A stretch of DNA of 64,000 nt, from positions 13,926 through 77,925 of the forward strand of contig JBBCKB010000006.1 in NCBI GenBank assembly GCA_037189965.1, read 5' to 3'. The stretch's first letter is position 1. Each line of letters begins with the position of its first letter. This document shows positions 39,229 through 47,558 of this stretch, piece after piece. The position numbers and the translations under genes were made by a program. The DNA comes from Chthoniobacteraceae bacterium. Its GTDB lineage: Bacteria > Verrucomicrobiota > Verrucomicrobiia > Chthoniobacterales > Chthoniobacteraceae. Below the pieces are notes generated by a model. That model searched no databases, was not told where the DNA came from, and was given only the letters and a program-made list of their open reading frames with translations.

Positions 39229-41226
39229 CTACGCGTAGTAATCGAACCCCTCTTCCCGCGCCATTTTGCGACGGACCCGGAAGAGGTGCACGGGGAGGCG
39301 CGCGGGGTCGAGGCTCACGTAGTTGCGCTCGCCGTGCCAGAGGTAGCGCTCGTCGGTAAAGAGGTCGTGTACCTGGTAGGTCTCCTCGGGGAGCCACCCC
39401 AGCTCCGCCACCGGTACGTGCACAAACCCATCCTGCCGGTGCCACGGGTCGAGGTTGACGACGATGAGCAGCACATTTTCCCGCCCCGGCGTCATCTTGC
39501 TGTAGAAGAGGAGGTTCTCGTTCTCCACCGGGTGGAAGCGCAGGTTCGCGTACTCGTGCAGCGCGCGGTTCTCCCGGCGGATCTGGTTGAGCCGGGTGAG
39601 GAACGGCTTGATGTTCCCCGGCGCATCCCAGTCGCGCGCTTTAAGCTGGTACTTCTCGCTATCCAGATACTCCTCGCGGCCGGGCAGGGCAGCGGCTTCG
39701 CAAAGCTCGAAGCCGCTATAGATGCCGTAGACGCTGGAGAGCGTGGCCGCCAGCACCGCGCGGATCTGGAACGCGGGCCGCCCCCCTTGTTGGAGAAAGA
39801 CAGGCAGGATATCCGGCGTATTGGGCCAGAGGTTCCCCCGGAAATAATGGCGCACGGGGGTCTGGGTGAGCTCGGTAAAGTACTCCTCCAGCTCAGCCTT
39901 GGTGTTGCGCCAGGTAAAGTAGGTGTAGCTTTGCGAAAAGCCGACCTTGGCGAGCACTTTCATCATCTTGGGCCGGGTAAAGGCTTCAGAGAGGAAGACG
40001 ACGCCGGGGTGTTTGGCGCGCACTTTGCCGATCAGGTACTCCCAGAAGGCAACCGGCTTGGTGTGCGGGTTATCCACGCGGAAGTGGGAGACCCCCCGGT
40101 CAGCCCAGAAGAGGACGACGGAGGCCAGCTCCTCCCACAAGGCGCGCCAATCCGCATTCTGGAAGTTGAGGGGGTAGACATCCTCATACTTCTTGGGCGG
40201 GTTTTCGGCGTACTTGATGGTGCCATCGGGCCGTTTGAAGAACCACTCCGGGTGCTCGGCCACGTACGGGTGGTCGGGCGAGCAGTTGATGGCAAAATCG
40301 AGCGCCAGCTCCATGCCGCGCTCGCGGATCTGGGCGAGCAGCCAATCAAAATCCTCAAGCGTGCCCAGCTCGGGGGCGACATCCTTGTGCCCGCCGCCGT
40401 TGGGGCACCCTTGGTGGCGGTTGCCAATGGCGTAGGGGACTCCGGGCTCCCCGGGCTGCGAAGTCACCGAGTTATTGCGCCCCTTGCGGTTGGCAAAGCC
40501 GATCGGGTGGATCGGCGGGAAGTAAATGACGTCAAACCCCATCGCGCGTGCATCTTCAACGCGCGGCAGGCAATCGCGAAAGGTGGAGCCCCGGTCGGCC
40601 AGCCCTTCGGCAGAGCGGGGGAAGAACTCGTACCACGCGGCAAACCGGGCATAAGGCCGGTCCACAAAGATTTGCGGGTACGGGTGCACCTCGGTGGAGA
40701 GCGTGCGGTCGGGCCATGCGGCAAGCAGCGCCTCCACCTCGCTCCAGTGGGCCATGGCGTCTACGGTGGCGGGCTCGGCGGTCTCCAGCGTGGCGGCCAA
40801 CTCCTCCAGCCGCGCGCGGTCGGCCCCGGTGGCGCGGCGGGCGGCGGCGCGCAAGAGGGCGGCCCCCTCCAGCGTCTCGCTGGCTAGGGGGGAGACACCG
40901 GCCTCAAACTTGGTGCGAAACTCATGCTGCCACGAGCGGAACGCATCCCCCCAAGCTTCAATGGTAAACTCGTGGAAGCCATTGCCAAAAAGCACCAGCG
41001 TGCCACGCCACCGGTCGTTCACCAGCGGGGCCATCGGCGTTTCGTGCCACGCCACTTCGCCCACGCGCCGCCATTTGAGGACGGCGGTTAAGAGATCATG
41101 CCCGTCTTTAAAAATATCCGCCTCGATGGAGAGGCTCTCGCCCTCCGTGCATTTGAGGGGGTGGCGGCCACCATCTACCAGCGGCTCGACGGCTTCGATG
41201 ACAACGGAAGCAGGCTTTCGGATCAT
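39229..41226 (-). CDS. glgE: Alpha-1,4-glucan:maltose-1-phosphate maltosyltransferase
   Basis: N-terminal IEAVEPLVDGGRHPLKCTEGESLSIEADIFKDGHD (DUF3416-type), GH13 core FRVDNPHTKP, 665 aa. Confidence 0.88.
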   Translation of the reverse strand: MIRKPASVVIEAVEPLVDGGRHPLKCTEGESLSIEADIFKDGHDLLTAVLKWRRVGEVAWHETPMAPLVNDRWRGTLVLFGNGFHEFTIEAWGDAFRSWQHEFRTKFEAGVSPLASETLEGAALLRAAARRATGADRARLEELAATLETAEPATVDAMAHWSEVEALLAAWPDRTLSTEVHPYPQIFVDRPYARFAAWYEFFPRSAEGLADRGSTFRDCLPRVEDARAMGFDVIYFPPIHPIGFANRKGRNNSVTSQPGEPGVPYAIGNRHQGCPNGGGHKDVAPELGTLEDFDWLLAQIRERGMELALDFAINCSPDHPYVAEHPEWFFKRPDGTIKYAENPPKKYEDVYPLNFQNADWRALWEELASVVLFWADRGVSHFRVDNPHTKPVAFWEYLIGKVRAKHPGVVFLSEAFTRPKMMKVLAKVGFSQSYTYFTWRNTKAELEEYFTELTQTPVRHYFRGNLWPNTPDILPVFLQQGGRPAFQIRAVLAATLSSVYGIYSGFELCEAAALPGREEYLDSEKYQLKARDWDAPGNIKPFLTRLNQIRRENRALHEYANLRFHPVENENLLFYSKMTPGRENVLLIVVNLDPWHRQDGFVHVPVAELGWLPEETYQVHDLFTDERYLWHGERNYVSLDPARLPVHLFRVRRKMAREEGFDYYA

Positions 41227-41250
41227 GAAAATACGCTATGGGGCGCGGTG

Positions 41251-41417
41251 CTAGTGTCGTGTTAGGTTAGTTCCTTGAAAAAGTCCGCGGTGATTTTTCG
41301 CATTCTCCAAGGCGCGAGCAAGGGCGGTATCTGAAGATACCGACCGCTGTGAGCAACGCCGGAGAATCGGAAAAGCATCCGGAAATTTGAAAAGGAAATC
41401 GGCTAACACGACACTAG
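41251..41417. repeat. 167-bp long imperfect palindrome bounded by perfect 15-bp inverted repeats (element Y)
   Basis: CTAGTGTCGTGTTAG (41251-41265) pairs with CTAACACGACACTAG (41403-41417) at 15/15. Inner arm pairs are GATTTTTCGCATTCTCC/GGAGAATCGGAAAAGCATC, with a central hairpin GCGGTATC-tgaa-GATACCG. Confidence 0.85.
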
Positions 41418-42004
41418 CGCGGCTCGCCGGGGGGCAGCTCCTCGCCCTCTTCGTAGGCGGCTTCCTCGTCGGCGGGCTGGGCGGCCGCTTCGCGGGCGGC
41501 GGCTTCGGCCTCGGCGTAGACGCGCTTGAGGTGCTCCACCGTCTCCGGGGCCGTGAGCCCCGAGAGCCCTTTCTTATAGAGCCGCTCGGCGATCTCGGGC
41601 TCCTCGACTTGAAAAGCGAGCTGAATGCCCTCCACGTAGGCCAAAAACTCGTCCGGGTGGTAGTGGATGATTTGTTGGTACTGCTCCAGCGCCTCGGCGT
41701 AGCGCTCCTGCTCGCAGTAGACCCGGGTGACGTTGTAATCCGGCGGCGGTACCCCCCGCTCGCTGGAGGTAAAGAGCCCGTCAAACATCATGCGAATGGG
41801 AATGGAGCCCCAATGCATCAGCTCCGGGGCGATGCAAATGACGGCGAGCATCAGCAGCCCGATGCTATAGAGCAACGGCATGACGGCGTTAAAATCCCCC
41901 GTCTCCTGCGCGGCCGTTTCCGAGCCGATCACATACGAGGCGATGCCGAACCCGATGGCGGCAGCCCACCGGACCAGGAGAATGATGGTGTGTTTCATCA
42001 GCAA
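41414..42004 (-). CDS. Hypothetical membrane protein with C-terminal TPR-like helical region
   Basis: Two TM segments, then YCEQERYAEALEQYQQIIHYHPDEFLAY TPR-like repeat and an acidic tail. The stop codon lies in the right arm of element Y. Confidence 0.45.
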   Translation of the reverse strand: MLMKHTIILLVRWAAAIGFGIASYVIGSETAAQETGDFNAVMPLLYSIGLLMLAVICIAPELMHWGSIPIRMMFDGLFTSSERGVPPPDYNVTRVYCEQERYAEALEQYQQIIHYHPDEFLAYVEGIQLAFQVEEPEIAERLYKKGLSGLTAPETVEHLKRVYAEAEAAAREAAAQPADEEAAYEEGEELPPGEPR

Positions 42005-42294
42005 ATTGAATGAAAACGCGGGGGAACCCGTCTTAACGCCCAGAGTGTAGATGCACCCTCCGGCAAAAGCGAGCCTGCCCGGCCGGAAAATGCGCCTTCC
42101 AAAAAATAGGGGAAACCCCTATACTCTAAACAGTTTTTTACGGATTGATTGAACGAAGGCACCACCCAGGTGTCCAAACCAACGAACCCAAAAGCGTTTT
42201 CCAAACCCGAGCAACCTTCCCCGAGCATTCCCAGCTTCCGGAACGTATCTCTTATTGGAACCCGAAGAAAAAACCACACGGGGGATTAAACATT

Positions 42295-43179
42295 ATGGCC
42301 GCTGAAGATACCGATTCCGGAATCAAGATCTACCTTCGGGAGATCGGGCAGATCCCGCTTCTGACTCCGGCAGATGAGATTGAACTGGCCGCCCGCATCA
42401 AAGCGGGGGACCAGGAAGCCCGCAGCCGGATGATCCGGGCGAACCTGCGGCTCGTCGTGAAGATTGCGCATGATTATGCCAACCTTGGCTTGCCGCTGTT
42501 GGACTTGATCTCCGAAGGCAACATCGGCCTCATGAAGGCTGTGGAGCGGTTTGACCCCGCTAAGGGGGGCAAGCTGAGCACTTACGCGGCGTGGTGGATC
42601 AAACAATCCATCAAGCGTGCGCTGGCCAACCAGAGCAAAACGATCCGCCTGCCGGTGCACCTGGTCGATAAAATTTCCAAAATGCGTCGGGTCTCTCTGC
42701 AAATGAGCGAGGAGCTGGGGCGCGAGCCGACGGACGACGAGCTGGCCGAGGAAGTCGGCCTCTCCGTTGCGAAGGTTTCGCACCTCAAGACGGTGGCGAT
42801 CCGCCCTGCTTCGCTCGATGCACCGATTTCGGATGAAGACTCGACGGCGTTTGGCGAGATCGTCGGCGACGAAGAGGCGCTTACGCCCTTCGAGTTGCTG
42901 CGCGATAAAAACCTGCGCGCCGAGCTGGCCGAGCTGCTGGCGGTGCTCGATGACCGTGAAAAACGGATCATCTTCTCGCGCTTCGGGCTCGACGGCGGCA
43001 AGCCGCGCACGCTCGAAGAGGTGGGCAAGAAGTTCAAAGTCACCCGCGAACGCATCCGCCAGTTGCAGAATATCGCCCTCTCCAAGCTGCGCCGCGCGCT
43101 CCAGAAAAAGGAGCGCCCGGCGATCCAGGGGCTCGTGGATGCCGCCAGCGAAGAGCTGGAGGTCAACTACGACGGCTAA
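42295..43179 (+). CDS. RNA polymerase sigma-70 family factor, RpoD/SigA-like (regions 1.2-4)
   Basis: IKIYLREIGQIPLLT, RLVVKIAHDY, ISEGNIGLMKAVERFD, STYAAWWIKQSI, TIRLPVH, TLEEVGKKFKVTRERIRQ. Confidence 0.88.
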   Translation: MAAEDTDSGIKIYLREIGQIPLLTPADEIELAARIKAGDQEARSRMIRANLRLVVKIAHDYANLGLPLLDLISEGNIGLMKAVERFDPAKGGKLSTYAAWWIKQSIKRALANQSKTIRLPVHLVDKISKMRRVSLQMSEELGREPTDDELAEEVGLSVAKVSHLKTVAIRPASLDAPISDEDSTAFGEIVGDEEALTPFELLRDKNLRAELAELLAVLDDREKRIIFSRFGLDGGKPRTLEEVGKKFKVTRERIRQLQNIALSKLRRALQKKERPAIQGLVDAASEELEVNYDG

Positions 43180-44318
43180 CAGGCCAGCCGCGAGGCAAAG
43201 AGTTCCGCAAGCTTCCGGGACTCTTCTGCCGTCGTCGTCTTCCCCACGCGGATGCCGATGGGGAGAATCCTCGCCGGGAGCTCCAGCACTTCGCGCTCGA
43301 GCATCTCCATGAGCATGCCGACCAGGTTGCGCCCGATCTCCCGGATCGGGTGGAGCAAGGTCGTCACCCCATATTCCTGCACCAGCGGGTGAAACCCGGC
43401 TCCGGCGATGACGGATACCTCTTTGGGCACCGCTACGCCCCGTTCCTTGAGCGCCAGCACCGCGCCGATGGCAAGGCCATCTCCCGCGGCAAGGATGGCG
43501 TCGGGCAGGAAGGTGCCTGCCCCCCAGAGATCTTCCACCGCGCGTTGGCCATGCTCTTCGCGGACGCCCAGGCAATCGATAATCCGCAACTCCACCGAGC
43601 GGCCGATGGCCGAGCCGATGCCGTTGATGACCCCCGAGAGCCGCTCGCGAATGGAGACAGAGCGCTCCAGCTCGGGGCTGATGAGCACGGCAAAACGCTT
43701 GCGCCCGGCGTCGCGCAGAGCCCGGGTGATCCGGTAAAACGAGGTGAAGTTTTCCAACGCCACGAAGTTGGCCGCCGCGTCATCTCCCGGCGGGTTGAGG
43801 TAGACGTACGGTTTGCGCCGCTCGCGGCAGAATTGCATGATCGCCCCGTGTTGCGGGTCGGTCTGGTAGAGGATCATCCCATCCAAATGCTCGCAGCGGG
43901 AGAGGACTTCCTCCACGGAGAGGGAGTCGATCTCCTCCGAGGAGGAGTAGATGGAGGTGTACGCCCGTTTGGAGCCTAGCTCCGAGACGGCCTCCAGCAC
44001 GTTGATGCGGATGTGCCCGCCCCATTGGTAGGGGGCCTGCTCGTGGCTGCGCACGTTGGAGCCGATCCGCAACAGGCGGGTCGCGGGCGGCGCTTCGCAG
44101 ATGAAAATGCCGCTTCCTTTGCGCGAGCGGAGCTTCCCTTCGCCCAGCCATTTGCGGAGCACTCCTCGCACCGTCCCCTCGCTGACGTTGATCTGCGAGG
44201 CGATCTGCCGGGGGCTCGGCAGGCGGTCTCCCGGCAAGTGGTGTTGCTGGGAGAGGTAGTCGCGCAGAAATTGCTCGGTTCGCTCCGAAGGGCGGCGGCT
44301 CTCGGTGTAGGCTTGCAT
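43176..44318 (-). CDS. Transcriptional regulator, GntR-type winged HTH fused to a LacI/PBP1-type sugar-binding domain
   Basis: LPSPRQIASQINVSEGTVRGVLRKW N-terminus. C-terminal 270 aa show a periplasmic-binding-protein pattern (AILAAGDGLAIGAVLAL). Confidence 0.7.
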   Translation of the reverse strand: MQAYTESRRPSERTEQFLRDYLSQQHHLPGDRLPSPRQIASQINVSEGTVRGVLRKWLGEGKLRSRKGSGIFICEAPPATRLLRIGSNVRSHEQAPYQWGGHIRINVLEAVSELGSKRAYTSIYSSSEEIDSLSVEEVLSRCEHLDGMILYQTDPQHGAIMQFCRERRKPYVYLNPPGDDAAANFVALENFTSFYRITRALRDAGRKRFAVLISPELERSVSIRERLSGVINGIGSAIGRSVELRIIDCLGVREEHGQRAVEDLWGAGTFLPDAILAAGDGLAIGAVLALKERGVAVPKEVSVIAGAGFHPLVQEYGVTTLLHPIREIGRNLVGMLMEMLEREVLELPARILPIGIRVGKTTTAEESRKLAELFASRLAC

Positions 44319-44543
44319 GGAGATGCCCCAAGTTACGGGAGGCTTTCACGCCTAACAAGGATAATTTTACCTACCTTTTGAACTGTTGTTCCCGAGAAAT
44401 AAGAGACTGTTCCTGAAAAGCAGCTCTCAGGTGAGGCTGTAAAATTAGCAATCTTTTGATGTATATGTGTAATATGTAGCTAAAAAAATATTGACCTGAA
44501 TTTAGTGAGCCTTCATGCTGCGAGCATTCTCTACCCCCATGGC

Positions 44544-45713
44544 ATGCTTATGAAACCGCTCTTCATTCTCGCTCTCTCCCCCCTTCTTTTTGGCCTTTCC
44601 GCGGCGCGGGCTCAGGAAGACCCCGCCTACCAGCCGGAGTACCTTCAGGGGAACTCCTTCATTTACACCTCGGCGGCGTCCCGGAACCTTAATACCGCCA
44701 CGGGGGCGTACATCCGTTTCACGGCCACGGAAGATACCTCGGCCACCTCGCTCCACCTCTACTTCAACTCCACGGTGGATACTTCGGTAACGTTCGGGCT
44801 CCAGGCCGATAACGGCAGCGGAGCCCCCAGCGGCATCTTCCTGGGCTCCGGCACGGTGTCGCCCAAGGAGGGGTGGAATTCGTTGACGCTGGAGACGCCG
44901 CAGGCGCTCGTTGCGGGGCAGGTCTACCACGTGGTGGCGCTCCCCACCACGGGCGATACGGCCCGGCTGCGGCGGCTGGTGATGGCGGCTCCGCTCACTT
45001 ACCAGACGTGGGGAATCAAAGACGTCAACTACGGCTACGGCACGCGCAATGTCAGCGGTACACCGAGCGCGGCCTCCAATGCAGACGCCATTACGTTTGC
45101 GATCGGCACCACCTCGGGGCGAGGGCTCGGGCTGGCGTACTCGAAGTTCTCGAACTCCCCGGTTTTGTCGGCAGCCACCCCACGGGCCCAGCGGTTCCAG
45201 TTTCACGCCACGGAGTCGGGCCACAATTTGCTGGAGTCGATCACGATCCGCCTCTCGGCCGGTGCGGCAGATTTGCAAGATGTGCGGATCACCCTGCTTA
45301 ATGATGCCAACCTCGTCCTGGCCACTTCGGTGATCGAGGCTTCCCAGATCACCCCTTCCTCCACGGCGGACTATACGGCCACCTTTACCGGAGGCCCCGT
45401 CCTGGCCGAAGGCGGGTATTACCGGATCGCCCTGACGGCAGTCGGCGACGGCGCAAGCTCGATCACCTGGGCTTCCACCATTACGGAAAGCACCAATGCC
45501 GACATCAACTCAGCCACCTTCCAGGGGGTGGAGGGGTACGCCTTCTCCTACTCCGACGCTACATTCGCCACGGCGCAGGGCATCAGCTACGGGAGCGACT
45601 ACCTCTTTAGCTATAGCGCCGTGGCCGTGCCCGAGCCGGGTGCCACGGCCGCGCTTGCCTTTGGGGCGCTTGTCCTTGGGTTTGGCCGGCGGTTGCGCAA
45701 GCCCCGGGCCTGA
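44544..45713 (+). CDS. PEP-CTERM sorting-domain secreted protein
   Basis: Signal peptide MLMKPLFILALSPLLFGLSAARA. C-terminal VPEPGATAALAFGALVLGFGRRLRKPRA gives PEP motif, TM helix and basic tail. Confidence 0.8.
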   Translation: MLMKPLFILALSPLLFGLSAARAQEDPAYQPEYLQGNSFIYTSAASRNLNTATGAYIRFTATEDTSATSLHLYFNSTVDTSVTFGLQADNGSGAPSGIFLGSGTVSPKEGWNSLTLETPQALVAGQVYHVVALPTTGDTARLRRLVMAAPLTYQTWGIKDVNYGYGTRNVSGTPSAASNADAITFAIGTTSGRGLGLAYSKFSNSPVLSAATPRAQRFQFHATESGHNLLESITIRLSAGAADLQDVRITLLNDANLVLATSVIEASQITPSSTADYTATFTGGPVLAEGGYYRIALTAVGDGASSITWASTITESTNADINSATFQGVEGYAFSYSDATFATAQGISYGSDYLFSYSAVAVPEPGATAALAFGALVLGFGRRLRKPRA

Positions 45714-45734
45714 ACCATCCTTCTCTCTCCCCCC

Positions 45735-46778
45735 ATGCAAACGCTCTGCCACAAAGTCATCTACCAGAACCGGGGTGAGTACGCTGCGTTCAACAGCTTC
45801 CCGAGTGCCGTCATCACCCAGAGCGGGCGAATGCTCGTCGCCTTCCGGCAGGCGCGGGATTTTTCGGCCACGCGGGGCAAGACCGTCCACCTCGACCCGA
45901 AATCCCGCGCGGTCCTGCTGGCTTCGGAAGATGGGGGGGCATCGTGGGTCGCCTCTTCGCTGGCCGACCACTTCCTCTACGGCGTGCAAGACCCGTGCCT
46001 GACGCTTCTTGCCGACGGCACCGTGGCGGGCACCTACTTCCTCTGGAAAGTGGTGGAGCCCAATGGCGAGCGGGGCGATACCGCCGCTTATGGCGAATGG
46101 ATTGGCCGTCTAATGGGGGTGCAAACCGTCCGTTCGCAAGATGAAGGGCGCACTTGGGATGAGCCGCTGCCGCTTGGCCCGCTGCCGCTTGCCTTGCGGG
46201 GCAACCTCGTGGAGCTGGCCGATGGCACGCTGCTGGCCGCACCGTACCGGGGCAACGAGGTCCACCTTTTCGCTTCGCAAGACCGGGGGCAAAGCTGGGA
46301 ACGCCGGTACAACTTCGTCCACCCCGACTATTCGCTCAACGAAACCAACCTTTACCAGACCCCTTCGGGGAAAGTGGTGGCCTTCGTGCGCAGCCGCCAG
46401 CACCGCCTCTCCGTGGAGCCGCCGAGCCCGCTTTTGACGGCGGAATCGACCGATGGCGGCCAGACCTGGAGCCCGCTTCGGGTGCGGGCAGAGATCGAGT
46501 CGCCCACCCCGTTCCACCTCCTGCGGTTGCAAAGCGGGCGCGTCCTCCTCTCCTACGGTTATCGGCGCGAGCCGTACGGCATCCGCGCCCACCTCCTCGA
46601 TGCCGAGTGCGAGCAATGGGGCGAGGCCGTGGAGCTGCGCTCCGGCGGCCCCGACCGCGACATCGGCTACACCAGCGCCGTGCAGCAGGCAGACGGCACG
46701 ATCTGGGTCTTCCACTACTGGCACGACCCCGGCTCTGGTGGGCATCGGCACATCGCCGCCACGCTCTGCCGCGAATAA
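45735..46778 (+). CDS. BNR/Asp-box repeat protein, exo-alpha-sialidase-like
   Basis: Four Asp boxes: SEDGGASW, SQDEGRTW, SQDRGQSW, STDGGQTW. Confidence 0.75.
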   Translation: MQTLCHKVIYQNRGEYAAFNSFPSAVITQSGRMLVAFRQARDFSATRGKTVHLDPKSRAVLLASEDGGASWVASSLADHFLYGVQDPCLTLLADGTVAGTYFLWKVVEPNGERGDTAAYGEWIGRLMGVQTVRSQDEGRTWDEPLPLGPLPLALRGNLVELADGTLLAAPYRGNEVHLFASQDRGQSWERRYNFVHPDYSLNETNLYQTPSGKVVAFVRSRQHRLSVEPPSPLLTAESTDGGQTWSPLRVRAEIESPTPFHLLRLQSGRVLLSYGYRREPYGIRAHLLDAECEQWGEAVELRSGGPDRDIGYTSAVQQADGTIWVFHYWHDPGSGGHRHIAATLCRE

Positions 46779-46791
46779 GGCTCCTAAAGAA

Positions 46792-47544
46792 ATGGCCCCC
46801 CCCGCTTCTTCCCGCCGCTCCGGCTTCACCTTTGTGGAGTTGCTGGTGGTATTGCTTATTCTGGCGCTTTTGCTGGCGCTTCTTTTCCCCGCTATGTCGC
46901 GGATGCGGGTGGCTACGGAGAAGAGCACCTGTGTTAACCACCTGCGCAAGCTTGGCGCGGCCAGCCACCTATGGGCCAGTGAGCACAATGGCATTCTCCC
47001 CCCCGCCGCCCGCGCGGATGATGAGAATAAACTCGGCACTCTTGAGGAGCTGCTGGAACCGTACGTCGGCCCGTGGGTGGACCGCGCGCGCCTCATCGCG
47101 GCAGACGGCTTTTACTGCCCCTCCAACGTTCGCCTCGGCTCTCCGCCGCCCGAGGGCTACGAGACGGGTGCCGACGGTCGGGGGCGCTATAAAGGGTGGT
47201 CGGGCTACATGATTGGCTACACGATCAACGGCAGCATCCACCCGATCCACCGGGTCGACAACCCGGAGCGCCCGGTGGTGCGTCTCAGCCAGGTCCAGCA
47301 CCCCGCCCGCACCCTTTCGCTGGCGGATATCAATACTCGCGACGCGAAGGGGCCTGTCCCGGCCAAGGCGCTCAACAGCCGCCATTTTTTTGACCCCGCC
47401 AGGCTCCAGCCGTCGTGGTTTGGAGCCGTGCACGGGGGGCATTGCAACGTGCTTTTTGTGGATGGGCACGTAGCGGCCTACCCGCTCCATCGCCCGCTCC
47501 CGGTATTCTCGATGCCCGAGCAGGAAGCTCCGTGGTTCCCGTAG
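46792..47544 (+). CDS. DUF1559 / H-X9-DG protein with prepilin-type N-terminal cleavage/methylation domain
   Basis: GFTFVELLVVLLILALLLALLFP pilin-like leader and C-terminal HGGHCNVLFVDGH (His-x9-Asp-Gly). Confidence 0.85.
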   Translation: MAPPASSRRSGFTFVELLVVLLILALLLALLFPAMSRMRVATEKSTCVNHLRKLGAASHLWASEHNGILPPAARADDENKLGTLEELLEPYVGPWVDRARLIAADGFYCPSNVRLGSPPPEGYETGADGRGRYKGWSGYMIGYTINGSIHPIHRVDNPERPVVRLSQVQHPARTLSLADINTRDAKGPVPAKALNSRHFFDPARLQPSWFGAVHGGHCNVLFVDGHVAAYPLHRPLPVFSMPEQEAPWFP

Positions 47545-47558
47545 CGTAACTTTGTTTG

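Noticed and set aside
42106-42122. Hairpin ATAGGGG-aaa-CCCCTAT in the divergent spacer upstream of the sigma-factor gene, considered as a terminator or attenuator.
   Set aside because: Both flanking genes start rather than end here, and no U-tract follows the stem directly. There is not enough evidence for any function.
46796-46803. Homopolymeric C8 tracts at gene 5' ends as possible phase-variation switches: 46796-46803 in codons 2-4 of the DUF1559 gene, and 4468-4475 just upstream of moxR.
   Set aside because: C/G runs of 6-8 nt are frequent throughout this GC-rich window, including inside housekeeping genes. Without population-level length variation there is no support for phase variation.
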